The notes under the pieces: generated by a model
Database searches by the model: none
Seen by the model: the letters and a program-made list of their open reading frames with translations, nothing else
What the model was told of the DNA's origin: nothing
In this document: piece after piece, positions 53,041-63,915 of the stretch
How positions within the stretch are numbered: position 1 is the stretch's first letter
Layout: the number at the start of each line of letters is the position of its first letter
Position numbers and translations under genes: made by a program
From: an uncultured Halanaerobiales bacterium
GTDB taxonomy: Bacteria; Bacillota; Halanaerobiia; Halanaerobiales; M55B127
DNA: 64,000 nucleotides
Assembly (NCBI GenBank): GCA_964430875.1
Contig: CAYSHP010000002.1
Location: 1,750-65,749 of the forward strand
Direction: 5' to 3'

Positions 53041-53088
53041 TAATTATTATTTAATTTCATTATAATTTTTAAGGAGGTTTCTAATAAG

Positions 53089-53412
53089 ATGAGCAAAAAA
53101 CCAATAGAAGTAAATGATGGAAACTTTAGAAAAGAAGTTTTGAGATCAGATGTACCAGTTTTAGTAGACTTTTGGGCTGACTGGTGTGCTCCCTGTAAAA
53201 TGGTAGCTCCAGTTGTTGAAAAGCTTGCTAGAGAATATTCTGATGATATTAAAGTGGCCAAACTGAATGTTGATGAAAATCAGTCAACAGCTTCTAGATA
53301 TGATGTGATGAGTATCCCAACTCTAATAATCTTTGAAGACGGTAGAGAAAAAGATAGAGTTATCGGATATGCTCCTAAAAACAAGTTGGCTTCCAAACTA
53401 GGTTTAAGATAA
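53089..53412 (+). CDS. trxA: Thioredoxin
   Basis: 107 aa. VDFWADWCAPCKMVAP and the cis-Pro region MSIPTLIIF. Confidence 0.93.
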   Translation: MSKKPIEVNDGNFRKEVLRSDVPVLVDFWADWCAPCKMVAPVVEKLAREYSDDIKVAKLNVDENQSTASRYDVMSIPTLIIFEDGREKDRVIGYAPKNKLASKLGLR

Positions 53413-53432
53413 TATAATATTTTATAAAAATC

Positions 53433-53458
53433 AGCAGGGATTTCCCTGCTTTTTTTTA
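53433..53458 (+). terminator. Rho-independent terminator
   Basis: AGCAGGG-ATTT-CCCTGCT followed by T8. Confidence 0.88.
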
Positions 53459-53568
53459 TTTTACCCCAGAAAAATTTACTATATTTAGTGAAAATATTTA
53501 TTAGTTATGATATAATTCTTGTGAGTAATATTCAGTACAAGTTCACAAATTTTCTGAGGGGTGGTATT

Positions 53569-53976
53569 TTGCAAAAAGTCCTTATTATTTATTCAAAAGA
53601 AGGAGATACAAAGGATATTGCTGAGGGAATTGCTGAAGGTGCCAAACAAAATGGCTACAAGGTCGATCTTCAGGATACTGAAAACACAGGGAAACCTATC
53701 TCCTTTTTCCCATATGACCTTGTAATTGCCGGAGCACCAACCAAGGGAATATTCCGGGGTAAGATCCCTTCAGATTTACCGAGGTTTCTACAGGAATGTA
53801 AGAGAACGGGTGGCCAAGATGCAATGGCATTTGTAACCCCCCGCTTTTTCGCAACCAATAAAGCTTTGAAGTTAGTCATGGGCGAACTGGAAAGATTAGG
53901 ATGTATCGTTAAAGATTTCAGGACAATTAAAAATAGAAAAGAAGCCGTAAAGTTTGGTAAGGCTTTAAAACTATAA
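53569..53976 (+). CDS. Flavodoxin-like protein
   Basis: The track ORF starts at 53488. The in-frame TTG at 53569 follows SD GAGGGGTGG and gives (M)QKVLIIYSKEGDTKDIAEGIAEGA..., a flavodoxin-type beta1/phosphate-loop start. It is about 135 aa. Confidence 0.65.
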   Translation: MQKVLIIYSKEGDTKDIAEGIAEGAKQNGYKVDLQDTENTGKPISFFPYDLVIAGAPTKGIFRGKIPSDLPRFLQECKRTGGQDAMAFVTPRFFATNKALKLVMGELERLGCIVKDFRTIKNRKEAVKFGKALKL

Positions 53977-53990
53977 TTATCTACATAAAT

Positions 53991-54016
53991 GCCACAGTGG
54001 AAACTGTGGCTTTTTT
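53991..54016 (+). terminator. Rho-independent terminator
   Basis: GCCACAGT-GGAA-ACTGTGGC followed by T6. Confidence 0.88.
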
Positions 54017-54032
54017 GGAATTATAAAAACAG

Positions 54033-54479
54033 TTGGGGTATGATATGATGAAAAAAGTAAAGATTAAAGTTAATAACAAACAAAAATTTCCTGATGGTCA
54101 AAAAGATGAAATAAGTTATCAAGGTAAAGGGGAATATAAGTATAAAAATGGCAAACATTATTTAATCTATAATGAGACAAATAGAGGGTTAGAAGATGTT
54201 AAGACCATTGTGCGTCTGAATGAAAAAAACAATAGGATTTTATTGAAAAGAGCCCAACCTAAGGAAATGAGACAGGTCTTTGATGTAAAAGAAAAATGTA
54301 ATTTTTTATATAATTTAGGTAATCATAAAATGAGGTTTACTACAGATACCAAAAAACTTCATATAGAAACGAGCCCCCAAAGAGGCGAAATAAATATTAA
54401 TTATGACTTACTGCAGCACGGGGAAGTTTTTACAAGTAATCAACTAAATATTAAATATAGTTTTATTGATAAGGAGTGA
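54033..54479 (+). CDS. DUF1934-family protein (YwiB-like beta-barrel)
   Basis: 148 aa. Its position immediately upstream of argS matches Bacillus ywiB. The family name is from memory. ATG 54045/54048 are alternative starts. Confidence 0.6.
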   Translation: MGYDMMKKVKIKVNNKQKFPDGQKDEISYQGKGEYKYKNGKHYLIYNETNRGLEDVKTIVRLNEKNNRILLKRAQPKEMRQVFDVKEKCNFLYNLGNHKMRFTTDTKKLHIETSPQRGEININYDLLQHGEVFTSNQLNIKYSFIDKE

Positions 54480-54487
54480 CAGATATT

Positions 54488-56152
54488 ATGAAGAAAAACA
54501 TTATTGATAATGTAGAAAATGAGTTAATAGAAGCAATTCAAGAAGGTTTAGTTGAAACCTTAGAACAAGAAGGAATTCAATTAGAAAAGATCCCGGCCAT
54601 TAAAGTAGAGGTGCCGAGAGAAAAAGAACATGGTGATTATGCGACTAATATCGCCATGGTTATGGCTAAACACTTCAAAAGAGCCCCTCGCCAGATAGCC
54701 GACTTACTTAAAGAAAATATAGAGAGTGATTTAATAGAAGATATTTCAGTAGCTGGTCCTGGCTTTATTAACTTTGATTTAAAAGACAAATGGCTTTATG
54801 AAACAATTGATTTAATCGATCAATTACAAGAAGATTACGGGAAAGTAGAGTTTGGACAACAGAAAAAAGTACTAATTGAATTTGTTAGTGCTAACCCTAC
54901 GGGACCTCTGCATGTGGGTCACAGCCGGGGTGCGGTTGTAGGTGATATGACAGCTAATATCATGGAAGCAGCTGGCTATAATGTAGATCGAGAATACTAT
55001 TTTAATGATGCTGGTAATCAAATTGATATCTTAGCTAAATCAACTTTAATTAGGTATAAACAACTTTTTGATATTGATGTTGACTTACCCCAAAATGCTT
55101 ACCATGGTAAGTACCTAATAGATATTGCGCGTCAACTTAAAGAAAAATATGGTGAAGAACTTTTAGCTAAAGATGAAGATAAGCAGCTTAATATTTGTAA
55201 AGAGTTTGCTTTTGAAAGTTTAAAAACCAAGATTGAAGAAGATCTCGAATACTTTGGAATTAAGTTTGATAACTGGTTTTATGAAAGTACATTACACGAC
55301 GGAGATATTGAAGAGGCGATCAATATCTTAAAAGAAAAAGGATATACTTATGAAAAAGAAGGTGCTTTATGGTTAAAATCAACCGAATTTTCCGATGATA
55401 AAGACCGTGTTATTATTAAATCGGATGGTTCATTAACTTATTTAGCAGCAGATATTGCTTACCATTTAGATAAAATTGAACGGGGTTATGATAAATTAAT
55501 TAATGTCTGGGGCGCTGACCACCATGGTTATATTAACCGGGTTAAAGCTTCTATACAGGCCCTTGGTTATCCTAAAGATATTTTAGAGATAATAATTGTG
55601 CAGTTAGTTAATCTAATGCGTGATGGCGAAAAAATACCGATGTCAAAAAGGGCCGGTGAATTTGTGACCATGACCGATGTCATTGATGAGGTTGGTAAGG
55701 ATGCTGCCCGCTACTTTTATATCATGCGCAGCTCGGACAGCCACTTTGACTTTGATTTAGAACTTGCCAAAGAACAGTCTAGTAATAACCCGGTTTATTA
55801 CATTCAGTATGCTCATGCTCGTATCCACAGCATTTTAGAAAATGCTGAAGATATAGATTTAGAAAATGTAGATTATGAGTTATTAGATTCAGAAGAAGAA
55901 ATTGACCTCATAAAGTTAATGGCCCGTTATCCGGAAGTAATTAAGGATAGTGCGGAAAGCAGGCAGCCCCATATTTTAGCTAATTATGCTTATGATTTAG
56001 CGAATGCTTTCCATATCTTCTATAATAAAAGACAGGTAATTACAAGTGATAAAAAGTTAAGTAAAGCAAGATTAAAACTGGTAGTTTCACTCCAACGGGT
56101 ATTAAAGAATTTATTTAATGTACTAGGTATTGAAGCACCAGATCAGATGTAG
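54488..56152 (+). CDS. argS: Arginine--tRNA ligase
   Basis: The track start GTG 54476 lies inside the SD (AAGGAG 54471-54476), so ATG 54488 is preferred. HIGH-type motif PTGPLHVGHSRG, KMSKS-type PMSKRAG and the anticodon-binding C-terminus are present. Confidence 0.95.
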   Translation: MKKNIIDNVENELIEAIQEGLVETLEQEGIQLEKIPAIKVEVPREKEHGDYATNIAMVMAKHFKRAPRQIADLLKENIESDLIEDISVAGPGFINFDLKDKWLYETIDLIDQLQEDYGKVEFGQQKKVLIEFVSANPTGPLHVGHSRGAVVGDMTANIMEAAGYNVDREYYFNDAGNQIDILAKSTLIRYKQLFDIDVDLPQNAYHGKYLIDIARQLKEKYGEELLAKDEDKQLNICKEFAFESLKTKIEEDLEYFGIKFDNWFYESTLHDGDIEEAINILKEKGYTYEKEGALWLKSTEFSDDKDRVIIKSDGSLTYLAADIAYHLDKIERGYDKLINVWGADHHGYINRVKASIQALGYPKDILEIIIVQLVNLMRDGEKIPMSKRAGEFVTMTDVIDEVGKDAARYFYIMRSSDSHFDFDLELAKEQSSNNPVYYIQYAHARIHSILENAEDIDLENVDYELLDSEEEIDLIKLMARYPEVIKDSAESRQPHILANYAYDLANAFHIFYNKRQVITSDKKLSKARLKLVVSLQRVLKNLFNVLGIEAPDQM

Positions 56153-56165
56153 AGAAAATTTTTGA

Positions 56166-57788
<1,623 letters not shown>

Positions 57789-57821
57789 GAAAGGCACCGC
57801 CAAATTACAAGGAGGTATACC

Positions 57822-58589
57822 ATGAATAAAAATTATGTGGAGGTCGATTATGCACCTCCCCTGGCCACTGTATTCTTATCAAGGCCTGAAGTACTTAATG
57901 CCTATAATGAGAAAATGTTAGACCAATTTTATGAAACGATTGAAGACTTATTTAATGATGAAGATATTAAAGCCGTTATTCTTACTGGACGCGGCGAAAA
58001 ATCGTTTACTGTGGGAGCTGACTTAAACTTACTAGAAGAATTATCTTATGAAACGGCGGAAGGTATTGCTCAAAAAGGGAAAGCCATTTGTGATTTAATT
58101 GAAGAGACAGAGAAAGTGGTTTTAGCAGCGGTAAATGGACATGCTTTAGGTGGAGGTATGGAACTTACCTTAGCCTGTGATCTACGTATTGCCAGTACGA
58201 GAGCTCGCTTTGGACAGCCGGAAGTAAGTCTTGGCTTAATCCCTGGTTTTTCTGGTACCCAAAGATTACCGAGAATTTTAGGGATCGGTAGAGCCAAAGA
58301 ACTACTGTTTACCGGTAATATTATTGATGCTGAAGAGGCTTTTGAAATAGGCTTGGTAAATAAGTTAGTTACTCCACGCGATCTATTGAGGGAAACTAAA
58401 AGTATGGCAAAACGGATTACAAAACAATCCTCTAGAGCAGTTGGCATGATTAAAAAAGCAATTAATTATGGTTATTCACATGGCTGTGATAAAGGTAAAG
58501 AATTTGAAACTAAATCCTTTAAAGAATGTTTTAAAGACCAAGAACATACTGAGAGAATTAATAAGATGAAGGAGAAACTTAAAAATTAG
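57822..58589 (+). CDS. Enoyl-CoA hydratase/isomerase (crotonase) family protein
   Basis: 255 aa. AAVNGHALGGGMELTLACDLRIAS and GQPEVSLGLIPGFSGTQRL form the oxyanion-hole region. Confidence 0.88.
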   Translation: MNKNYVEVDYAPPLATVFLSRPEVLNAYNEKMLDQFYETIEDLFNDEDIKAVILTGRGEKSFTVGADLNLLEELSYETAEGIAQKGKAICDLIEETEKVVLAAVNGHALGGGMELTLACDLRIASTRARFGQPEVSLGLIPGFSGTQRLPRILGIGRAKELLFTGNIIDAEEAFEIGLVNKLVTPRDLLRETKSMAKRITKQSSRAVGMIKKAINYGYSHGCDKGKEFETKSFKECFKDQEHTERINKMKEKLKN

Positions 58590-58598
58590 GTGATTTAA

Positions 58599-59315
58599 AT
58601 GGAAGGTAAAAGGACAATCTTATTTGATTTAGATGGAACATTACTACCAATTGATATGGATAAATTTATTGAAAAGTACTTTCGTTTACTATCAGGTCAT
58701 TTTGCAGATTTATATAATCCAGAGTACTTTGTAGATGTTATTAATAAAGCTACTGAAAATATGATCAAAAATGACGGAAAACTGACTAATAAGGAAGCTT
58801 TTGAAAAAAAGTTCTTTGAATTAATTGATTTACAGGGAGTCAGGGAAAAAGAAATCTGGGATCGGTTCTATGATTTTTATGATAATTATTTTCCTACTTT
58901 AAAAAATCATTTTGAACTTGATAAATTAGGGGCTGAAATTGTTAAGGCAGCTACAGATAAAAACTTTAATATTATAATTGCAACTAATCCGCTTTTCCCC
59001 CGCAATGCAATAACAGCCCGCTTGGAGTGGATTGATTTGAATCCAGATGACTTTAACTATATTACTTCTTATGAAGAGATGCATTACTGTAAGCCAAATA
59101 TAAATTATTACCGGGAGATAATGGATAAGACTAATAATAATCCTAAGGACTGTGTAATGGTAGGTAATGACATGCGTGATGATATGGTAGCAAAAAAATT
59201 AGGTATAAAAACATTTTTAATTGAAGATTTTATGGTAAAAAGAGATGAGGTTTCAATTGAACCGGATTGGCAGGGAACTCGTACAGATATTATTAATCAT
59301 ATAAAAAATTTATGA
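58599..59315 (+). CDS. HAD-superfamily hydrolase
   Basis: 238 aa. Motif I ILFDLDGTLL, motif III/IV ...VGNDMRDDM. Confidence 0.8.
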   Translation: MEGKRTILFDLDGTLLPIDMDKFIEKYFRLLSGHFADLYNPEYFVDVINKATENMIKNDGKLTNKEAFEKKFFELIDLQGVREKEIWDRFYDFYDNYFPTLKNHFELDKLGAEIVKAATDKNFNIIIATNPLFPRNAITARLEWIDLNPDDFNYITSYEEMHYCKPNINYYREIMDKTNNNPKDCVMVGNDMRDDMVAKKLGIKTFLIEDFMVKRDEVSIEPDWQGTRTDIINHIKNL

Positions 59316-59325
59316 GGTGAAAAAA

Positions 59326-59700
59326 ATGAAAAATATTATTAATACCGATAAAGCCCCAGCTGCAATTGGCAGTTACTCACAAGCTGTAAAGGCTGGTAAC
59401 ACAGTTTATATTAGTGGTCAAATTCCCTTAAATTTAGAAGGTGAATTAGTAATGACTTCTATTGAAGATCAAACTGAACAGGTTTTAAAGAACTTGCAGG
59501 CTATATTGCAGACAGCCGGCGGTGACTTCGAGAATGTTGTAAAAGCAACTGTATTTACCGATGATATCTCCTATTTTGGCGAAATTAATGAGGTTTATGG
59601 TAAGTACTTTGATGAAGAACCACCAGCTCGTGCTTTTGTAGAAGTAGCAGCTTTACCAAAAGGTGTCAATGTAGAAATTGAGGCAATTGCTGTAATATAA
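59326..59700 (+). CDS. ridA: RidA (YjgF/TdcF) family reactive-intermediate deaminase
   Basis: ATG 59326 lies 6 nt after GAGGTG and gives MKNIINTDKAPAAIGSYSQAV.... C-terminal PARAFVEVAALPKGVNVEIEAIA. Confidence 0.9.
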   Translation: MKNIINTDKAPAAIGSYSQAVKAGNTVYISGQIPLNLEGELVMTSIEDQTEQVLKNLQAILQTAGGDFENVVKATVFTDDISYFGEINEVYGKYFDEEPPARAFVEVAALPKGVNVEIEAIAVI

Positions 59701-59826
59701 GTGAAAAATAATAAGCTTTCCCCCTCATATACCAGTATTTTTAAGATGTAATGGAGGATTTTTAATTTGATTAGAGAATTAATAACCTGAGGGGGTGAGC
59801 CCTGTTATAATTTAACAGGCATTCTT

Positions 59827-60483
59827 ATGTTAATCGATAAAACGATTGAGATCGCTTTACGCTGTCACCACTGCGGCCGTCTAGAAAAAACAAAATTAAA
59901 TATTTTTCAGGTTCGTGATGATCATTTACTTGACCTAAAATGCTCTTGTGGTTCTACTAAAGCAAGAGTAAAGGCAAAAAGCGATAAATATATTCGGTTT
60001 GAATATAATTGCTTTTTATGTGATGATTACCATCGCAGGGTCATTAAAAAAAGTGAGTTCTGGTCAACAGGGTCTTTAAAAAACCTTAAATGTTTAAATA
60101 CCGGCCTAGAAATAGGTTATTACGGTGGGACAGACCTTATTGATGAGGAACTTAATAAACAAAAAAAGGAATTAAAGATACTTGCAGATGAACTAGGTTT
60201 AAATGATTATCAGGAACCCGAACTATTATTAGAAGTTTTCAATATTGTACACGATCGGGCTTCACTCTCTAAACTATACTGTGAATGCGGTAGTGATGAT
60301 ATTGATGTTAAACTCTATTCAAGTAAGGTAGAGTTAACGTGTAGAGAATGTGGAAGTGTTCTCAATATTTCAGCTGAAACTGAAGAACAGCTTAATGAGA
60401 TTAAAAATAAAGGAGATATAGTAATTAAAAGTATAAGTGGGCCTGAAAAAAATTGGTCTGACAACAAATACAAGGGGGAATAA
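59827..60483 (+). CDS. Cysteine-rich hypothetical protein with zinc-ribbon-like CxxC/CxC pairs flanking a coiled-coil segment
   Basis: 218 aa. CHHCGR...CSCGS, CFLCDD, CECGS...CRECGS, and a central EELNKQKKELKILADEL. No SD precedes the ATG, and no family is recognised. Confidence 0.6.
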   Translation: MLIDKTIEIALRCHHCGRLEKTKLNIFQVRDDHLLDLKCSCGSTKARVKAKSDKYIRFEYNCFLCDDYHRRVIKKSEFWSTGSLKNLKCLNTGLEIGYYGGTDLIDEELNKQKKELKILADELGLNDYQEPELLLEVFNIVHDRASLSKLYCECGSDDIDVKLYSSKVELTCRECGSVLNISAETEEQLNEIKNKGDIVIKSISGPEKNWSDNKYKGE

Positions 60484-60489
60484 TAAAAT

Positions 60490-61344
60490 ATGGGTTTAGT
60501 ACCAATGCATGAAATTTTAAACAAAGCAAACGAAGAGTATTATGCTGTGGGCGGATTTAATATTAATAATATGGAATTTTTACAAGGTATCATTTGGGCA
60601 GCAGAGGAAACAAATTCACCATTAATCTTACAGGCAAGTGAAGGTGCTATCCGATACATAGGTATGGATTATGTGATTAATATGGTCAAAGCAGCTGTTA
60701 AAGATACTCATATTCCAGTAGCACTACATTTAGACCACGGCAGTAGTTATGAAGTAATTATGAAATGTATTAGAGAAGGATTTAGTTCTGTTATGTTTGA
60801 TGGTTCTAAATATTCTTTTGAAGAAAATATTAGGCTAACCCAGGAAGTAGTAAAAGCTGCTCATAGTGTAGGAGTAACTGTGGAGGCTGAACTGGGTAAA
60901 ATTGGTGGTTCAGAAGATGATGTTAAAGTAGATGAAAAAGATGCAATGTTTACCAAACCAGATGAGGCAGAAGAATTTGTAGAAAAAACAGAAGTAGATG
61001 CCTTAGCAATTGCAATTGGTACAGCTCATGGTGTATATAAGGGGAAACCTGAACTCGATTTTGATAGATTAGAAGAGATTAAGTCCATTCTAAATATGCC
61101 TCTTGTACTACATGGAGCTTCTGGAGTACCTGAAGAAGATATACGCAAAGCTGTAAAATTAGGTATCAATAAAGTAAATGTAAATACTGCTTTTCAGCAG
61201 GCATTTACTGCTAAAATAAGAGAATTATTTGAAAATGACCCCGAATTATATGATCCAAGAAAGTATTGTGGACCAGGGCGAGATGCTATCTCGGAAGCTG
61301 TCAAAGAAAAAATTGAGATGCTTGGCAGTAAAAATAAAGCTTAA
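60490..61344 (+). CDS. fba: Class II fructose-1,6-bisphosphate aldolase
   Basis: 284 aa. YAVGGFNINNMEF, LHLDHG, EAELG.IGG, AIGTAHG and LVLHGASG. Confidence 0.95.
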   Translation: MGLVPMHEILNKANEEYYAVGGFNINNMEFLQGIIWAAEETNSPLILQASEGAIRYIGMDYVINMVKAAVKDTHIPVALHLDHGSSYEVIMKCIREGFSSVMFDGSKYSFEENIRLTQEVVKAAHSVGVTVEAELGKIGGSEDDVKVDEKDAMFTKPDEAEEFVEKTEVDALAIAIGTAHGVYKGKPELDFDRLEEIKSILNMPLVLHGASGVPEEDIRKAVKLGINKVNVNTAFQQAFTAKIRELFENDPELYDPRKYCGPGRDAISEAVKEKIEMLGSKNKA

Positions 61345-61357
61345 GTGAAAATTATTA

Positions 61358-61379
61358 GGGGTATCCAGCTGGATACCCC
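61358..61379 (+). terminator. Perfect 22-nt palindromic hairpin after fba (terminator candidate without a U-tract)
   Basis: GGGGTATCCAGCTGGATACCCC forms a 9-10 bp stem. The downstream sequence is CTTAATCC, so a classical U-tract is missing. Confidence 0.5.
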
Positions 61380-61445
61380 CTTAATCCTTCCTAAATCCCA
61401 CCATTTTTAATATTCCCTTAGATATTTTACTGAAAGGAGTAATAT

Positions 61446-62459
61446 ATGCTAAATATTTGGTTAGAATTTATAATTATGGCTGCCCTGATTATTGTATCAG
61501 GTACCTATCTTTCTAGATATGGTGATGTCATATCAGAAAAAACCGGTTTAAGTCAGGCAGTTATTGGTGTAGTATTAGTAGCAATGGCTACCTCATTACC
61601 TGAGTTAGTGACAAGTTCTACTTCTGCAATTATTGATGCTCCAAATATTGCCGTTGGTAATGCCTTTGGTAGTAACACTTTTAACTTATTGATCCTTGGT
61701 ATTATAGATGTAATGCATGAAAATAAATTACCGCTTTCTTTTAGCCTGAATTACTCCCATGTAATGACTGGTACCTGGGGAATATTGTTATCAGCTGTTG
61801 TTGTTATTTCGATAATTATAGCAAACTTTACTGAATATAGTTTTGGGATTTTTGGTATTGGGTTAGATGCGATCGTTTTAATTGCCACCTATTTTGTTGC
61901 GATGTTTTTAATTATTAGATTTGAGAACAAAAATCCTTTAGATGATAATGTGAGAGAAGAAGTTCCTTATTTAGACACTACTTTAAAAAAAGCAATTATT
62001 GGTTTTGCAATTTGTGCTGCAATAATAGTCTATGCTGGTGTTAGATTGGCGATAACCGGTGATAAGATAGCTACTTTAACCGGTATTGATCAGACCTTTA
62101 TCGGAAGTATTTTAGTAGCAGCAGCAACTTCACTACCGGAATTAGTAACAGCGATTTCTGCTGTCAAGATTAAAGCTTTTGATATGGCTGCCGGTAATGT
62201 TTTAGGTAGTAATATATTTAATATGAGTATTATATTTTTTGCTGACTTATTTTATAGGGACGGTTACATTCTTTCCTCAGTCCGTATGTTACATTTGATA
62301 ACTGCTTCAATTGGTATTATCATGGCAGCTATCTTTTTAGTAGGACTGTTTTACAAATCTAAAAGAACTTTTCTGGGCATGGGTTGGGACTCAATTGCAG
62401 TGTTCGCAGTATATTTACTAGGCTTTTATCTTTTATTTCAACTTGGCATTTCGATATAA
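61446..62459 (+). CDS. CaCA-family cation/Ca2+ exchanger (YrbG-like)
   Basis: 337 aa polytopic. Both alpha-repeat signatures are present: ATSLPELVTS...GNAFGSNTFNL and ATSLPELVTA...GNVLGSNIFNM. Confidence 0.85.
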   Translation: MLNIWLEFIIMAALIIVSGTYLSRYGDVISEKTGLSQAVIGVVLVAMATSLPELVTSSTSAIIDAPNIAVGNAFGSNTFNLLILGIIDVMHENKLPLSFSLNYSHVMTGTWGILLSAVVVISIIIANFTEYSFGIFGIGLDAIVLIATYFVAMFLIIRFENKNPLDDNVREEVPYLDTTLKKAIIGFAICAAIIVYAGVRLAITGDKIATLTGIDQTFIGSILVAAATSLPELVTAISAVKIKAFDMAAGNVLGSNIFNMSIIFFADLFYRDGYILSSVRMLHLITASIGIIMAAIFLVGLFYKSKRTFLGMGWDSIAVFAVYLLGFYLLFQLGISI

Positions 62460-62489
62460 CTTCAAAAAAGAAAAAGAGGTGTAATACAT

Positions 62490-63752
62490 TTGTTAAATAT
62501 TAGTGATTTAGAAAAAAAGACAATTACAGAACTACATGATCTGGCTAAAGACCTAGATATTTCGGGTTATACTACAATGCGTAAAAAAGACCTCATTTTT
62601 GCTATTTTAAAGAATGAAACAGAAGAAGGCGGCAATATCTTTGCAGAAGGTGTCTTAGAGATTATTCCAAATGAAGGATATGGGTTTTTAAGACCTTCTA
62701 AATATGTACCTTCCAGTGATGATATCTATATTTCCGCTTCTCAGATTAGAAGATTTGATTTGAGGTCTGGCGATGTTGTCTCAGGTCAGGTACGTGAACC
62801 AAAAGAAAATGAAAAGTATTTTGCTTTACTTAGAATAGAAGCAGTTAATTTTCAGGATCCCGAAAAAGCAACTGAAAGAGCTTACTTTGAAGATTTAACC
62901 CCTTTATATCCAAATGAAAGATTGAGGTTAGAATATAACCAACAGGATGTATCTACGAGATTAATGGACTTAATTGCTCCTATCGGTAAGGGCCAGCGTG
63001 GTCTGATAGTTTCACCACCCAAAGCAGGTAAAACTATTTTACTTAAAAAGATAGCCAATAGTATAAGACATAACTATCCGAATGTTAAGTTAATGATTCT
63101 TTTAATCGATGAAAGGCCGGAAGAAGTAACCGATATGTCAAGATCAGTTGACGCAGAAGTAATTAGCTCTACTTTTGATGAATCTCCTGAACAACATATT
63201 CAGGTAGCTAAACTTGTTTTAAAGAAAGCAAAAAGGCTAGTTGAACATAAATATGATGTAGTCATATTATTAGATAGTATTACAAGGTTAGCCCGGGCTT
63301 CTAATATCACGGTACCACCAAGTGGACGTACCCTCTCAGGTGGACTTGATCCTTCTGCTATGTATTTTCCCAAAAGCTTTTTTGGAGCCGGTAGGAATAT
63401 AGAAGAAGGGGGCAGTTTAAGTATTCTTTCTACTGCATTGGTTGATACAGGCAGTCGGATGGATGATGTAATCTATGAAGAATTTAAAGGTACAGGTAAT
63501 ATGGAGCTGCATCTAAGCAGAGAACTAGCAGAAAGAAGAATCTTCCCTGCTATTGATATTCAAAAATCTGGTACCAGAAAAGAAGAATTAATCTTAGATG
63601 ATGAGGAACTAGAAGTAATGTGGGGACTTAGAAAACAGATCGCCCAATCAAGGCCTTATGACATTATGGATACCTTTATTAAGCAGATTAAGAATACTAA
63701 AGATAATAAAGAACTGCTGTCAGCTTTACAGCAAATTACAAAAAATAACTAA
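62490..63752 (+). CDS. rho: Transcription termination factor Rho
   Basis: 420 aa with a TTG start. N-terminal [24 protein letters not shown]-like GYGFLR, Walker [16 protein letters not shown] and [10 protein letters not shown]. Confidence 0.95.
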   Translation: MLNISDLEKKTITELHDLAKDLDISGYTTMRKKDLIFAILKNETEEGGNIFAEGVLEIIPNEGYGFLRPSKYVPSSDDIYISASQIRRFDLRSGDVVSGQVREPKENEKYFALLRIEAVNFQDPEKATERAYFEDLTPLYPNERLRLEYNQQDVSTRLMDLIAPIGKGQRGLIVSPPKAGKTILLKKIANSIRHNYPNVKLMILLIDERPEEVTDMSRSVDAEVISSTFDESPEQHIQVAKLVLKKAKRLVEHKYDVVILLDSITRLARASNITVPPSGRTLSGGLDPSAMYFPKSFFGAGRNIEEGGSLSILSTALVDTGSRMDDVIYEEFKGTGNMELHLSRELAERRIFPAIDIQKSGTRKEELILDDEELEVMWGLRKQIAQSRPYDIMDTFIKQIKNTKDNKELLSALQQITKNN

Positions 63753-63759
63753 AAATTTC

Positions 63760-63788
63760 TTGATATCACAGCTGCTTTCAGGTATAAT
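63760..63788 (+). promoter_or_regulatory. Sigma-70-type promoter P1 upstream of rpmE
   Basis: TTGATA (63760-63765), 17-nt spacer, TATAAT (63783-63788). Confidence 0.6.
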
Positions 63789-63809
63789 GGCAGGTGGCTG
63801 GATTGATGG

Positions 63810-63838
63810 TTGCATAGTAAAATTTACTATGTTATAAT
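63810..63838 (+). promoter_or_regulatory. Sigma-70-type promoter P2 upstream of rpmE, with a 9-1-9 palindrome in its spacer
   Basis: TTGCAT (63810-63815), 17-nt spacer, TGtTATAAT (-10 at 63833-63838). The spacer is filled by the perfect inverted repeat CATAGTAAA-A-TTTACTATG (63813-63831). Confidence 0.6.
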
Positions 63839-63915
63839 AATTCTAGCTGTAAAGAAGTGACTAAAATTACACATAGATAATAATGATAATGACTGTTTAG
63901 AAAGAGGTGAAATAT

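Noticed and set aside
57792-57808. A GGCAC motif lies just upstream of the crotonase gene, suggesting a third sigma-54 promoter.
   Set aside because: The sequence at the -12 position is AATTA, not TTGCA. The element would also sit only about 15 nt from the ATG and would overlap the SD.
59751-59765. A mini-ORF ATG GAG GAT TTT TAA lies inside the long-range inverted repeat upstream of the Cys-rich gene.
   Set aside because: It has four sense codons and no SD. It is more simply explained as part of a GGAGG-containing structured region.
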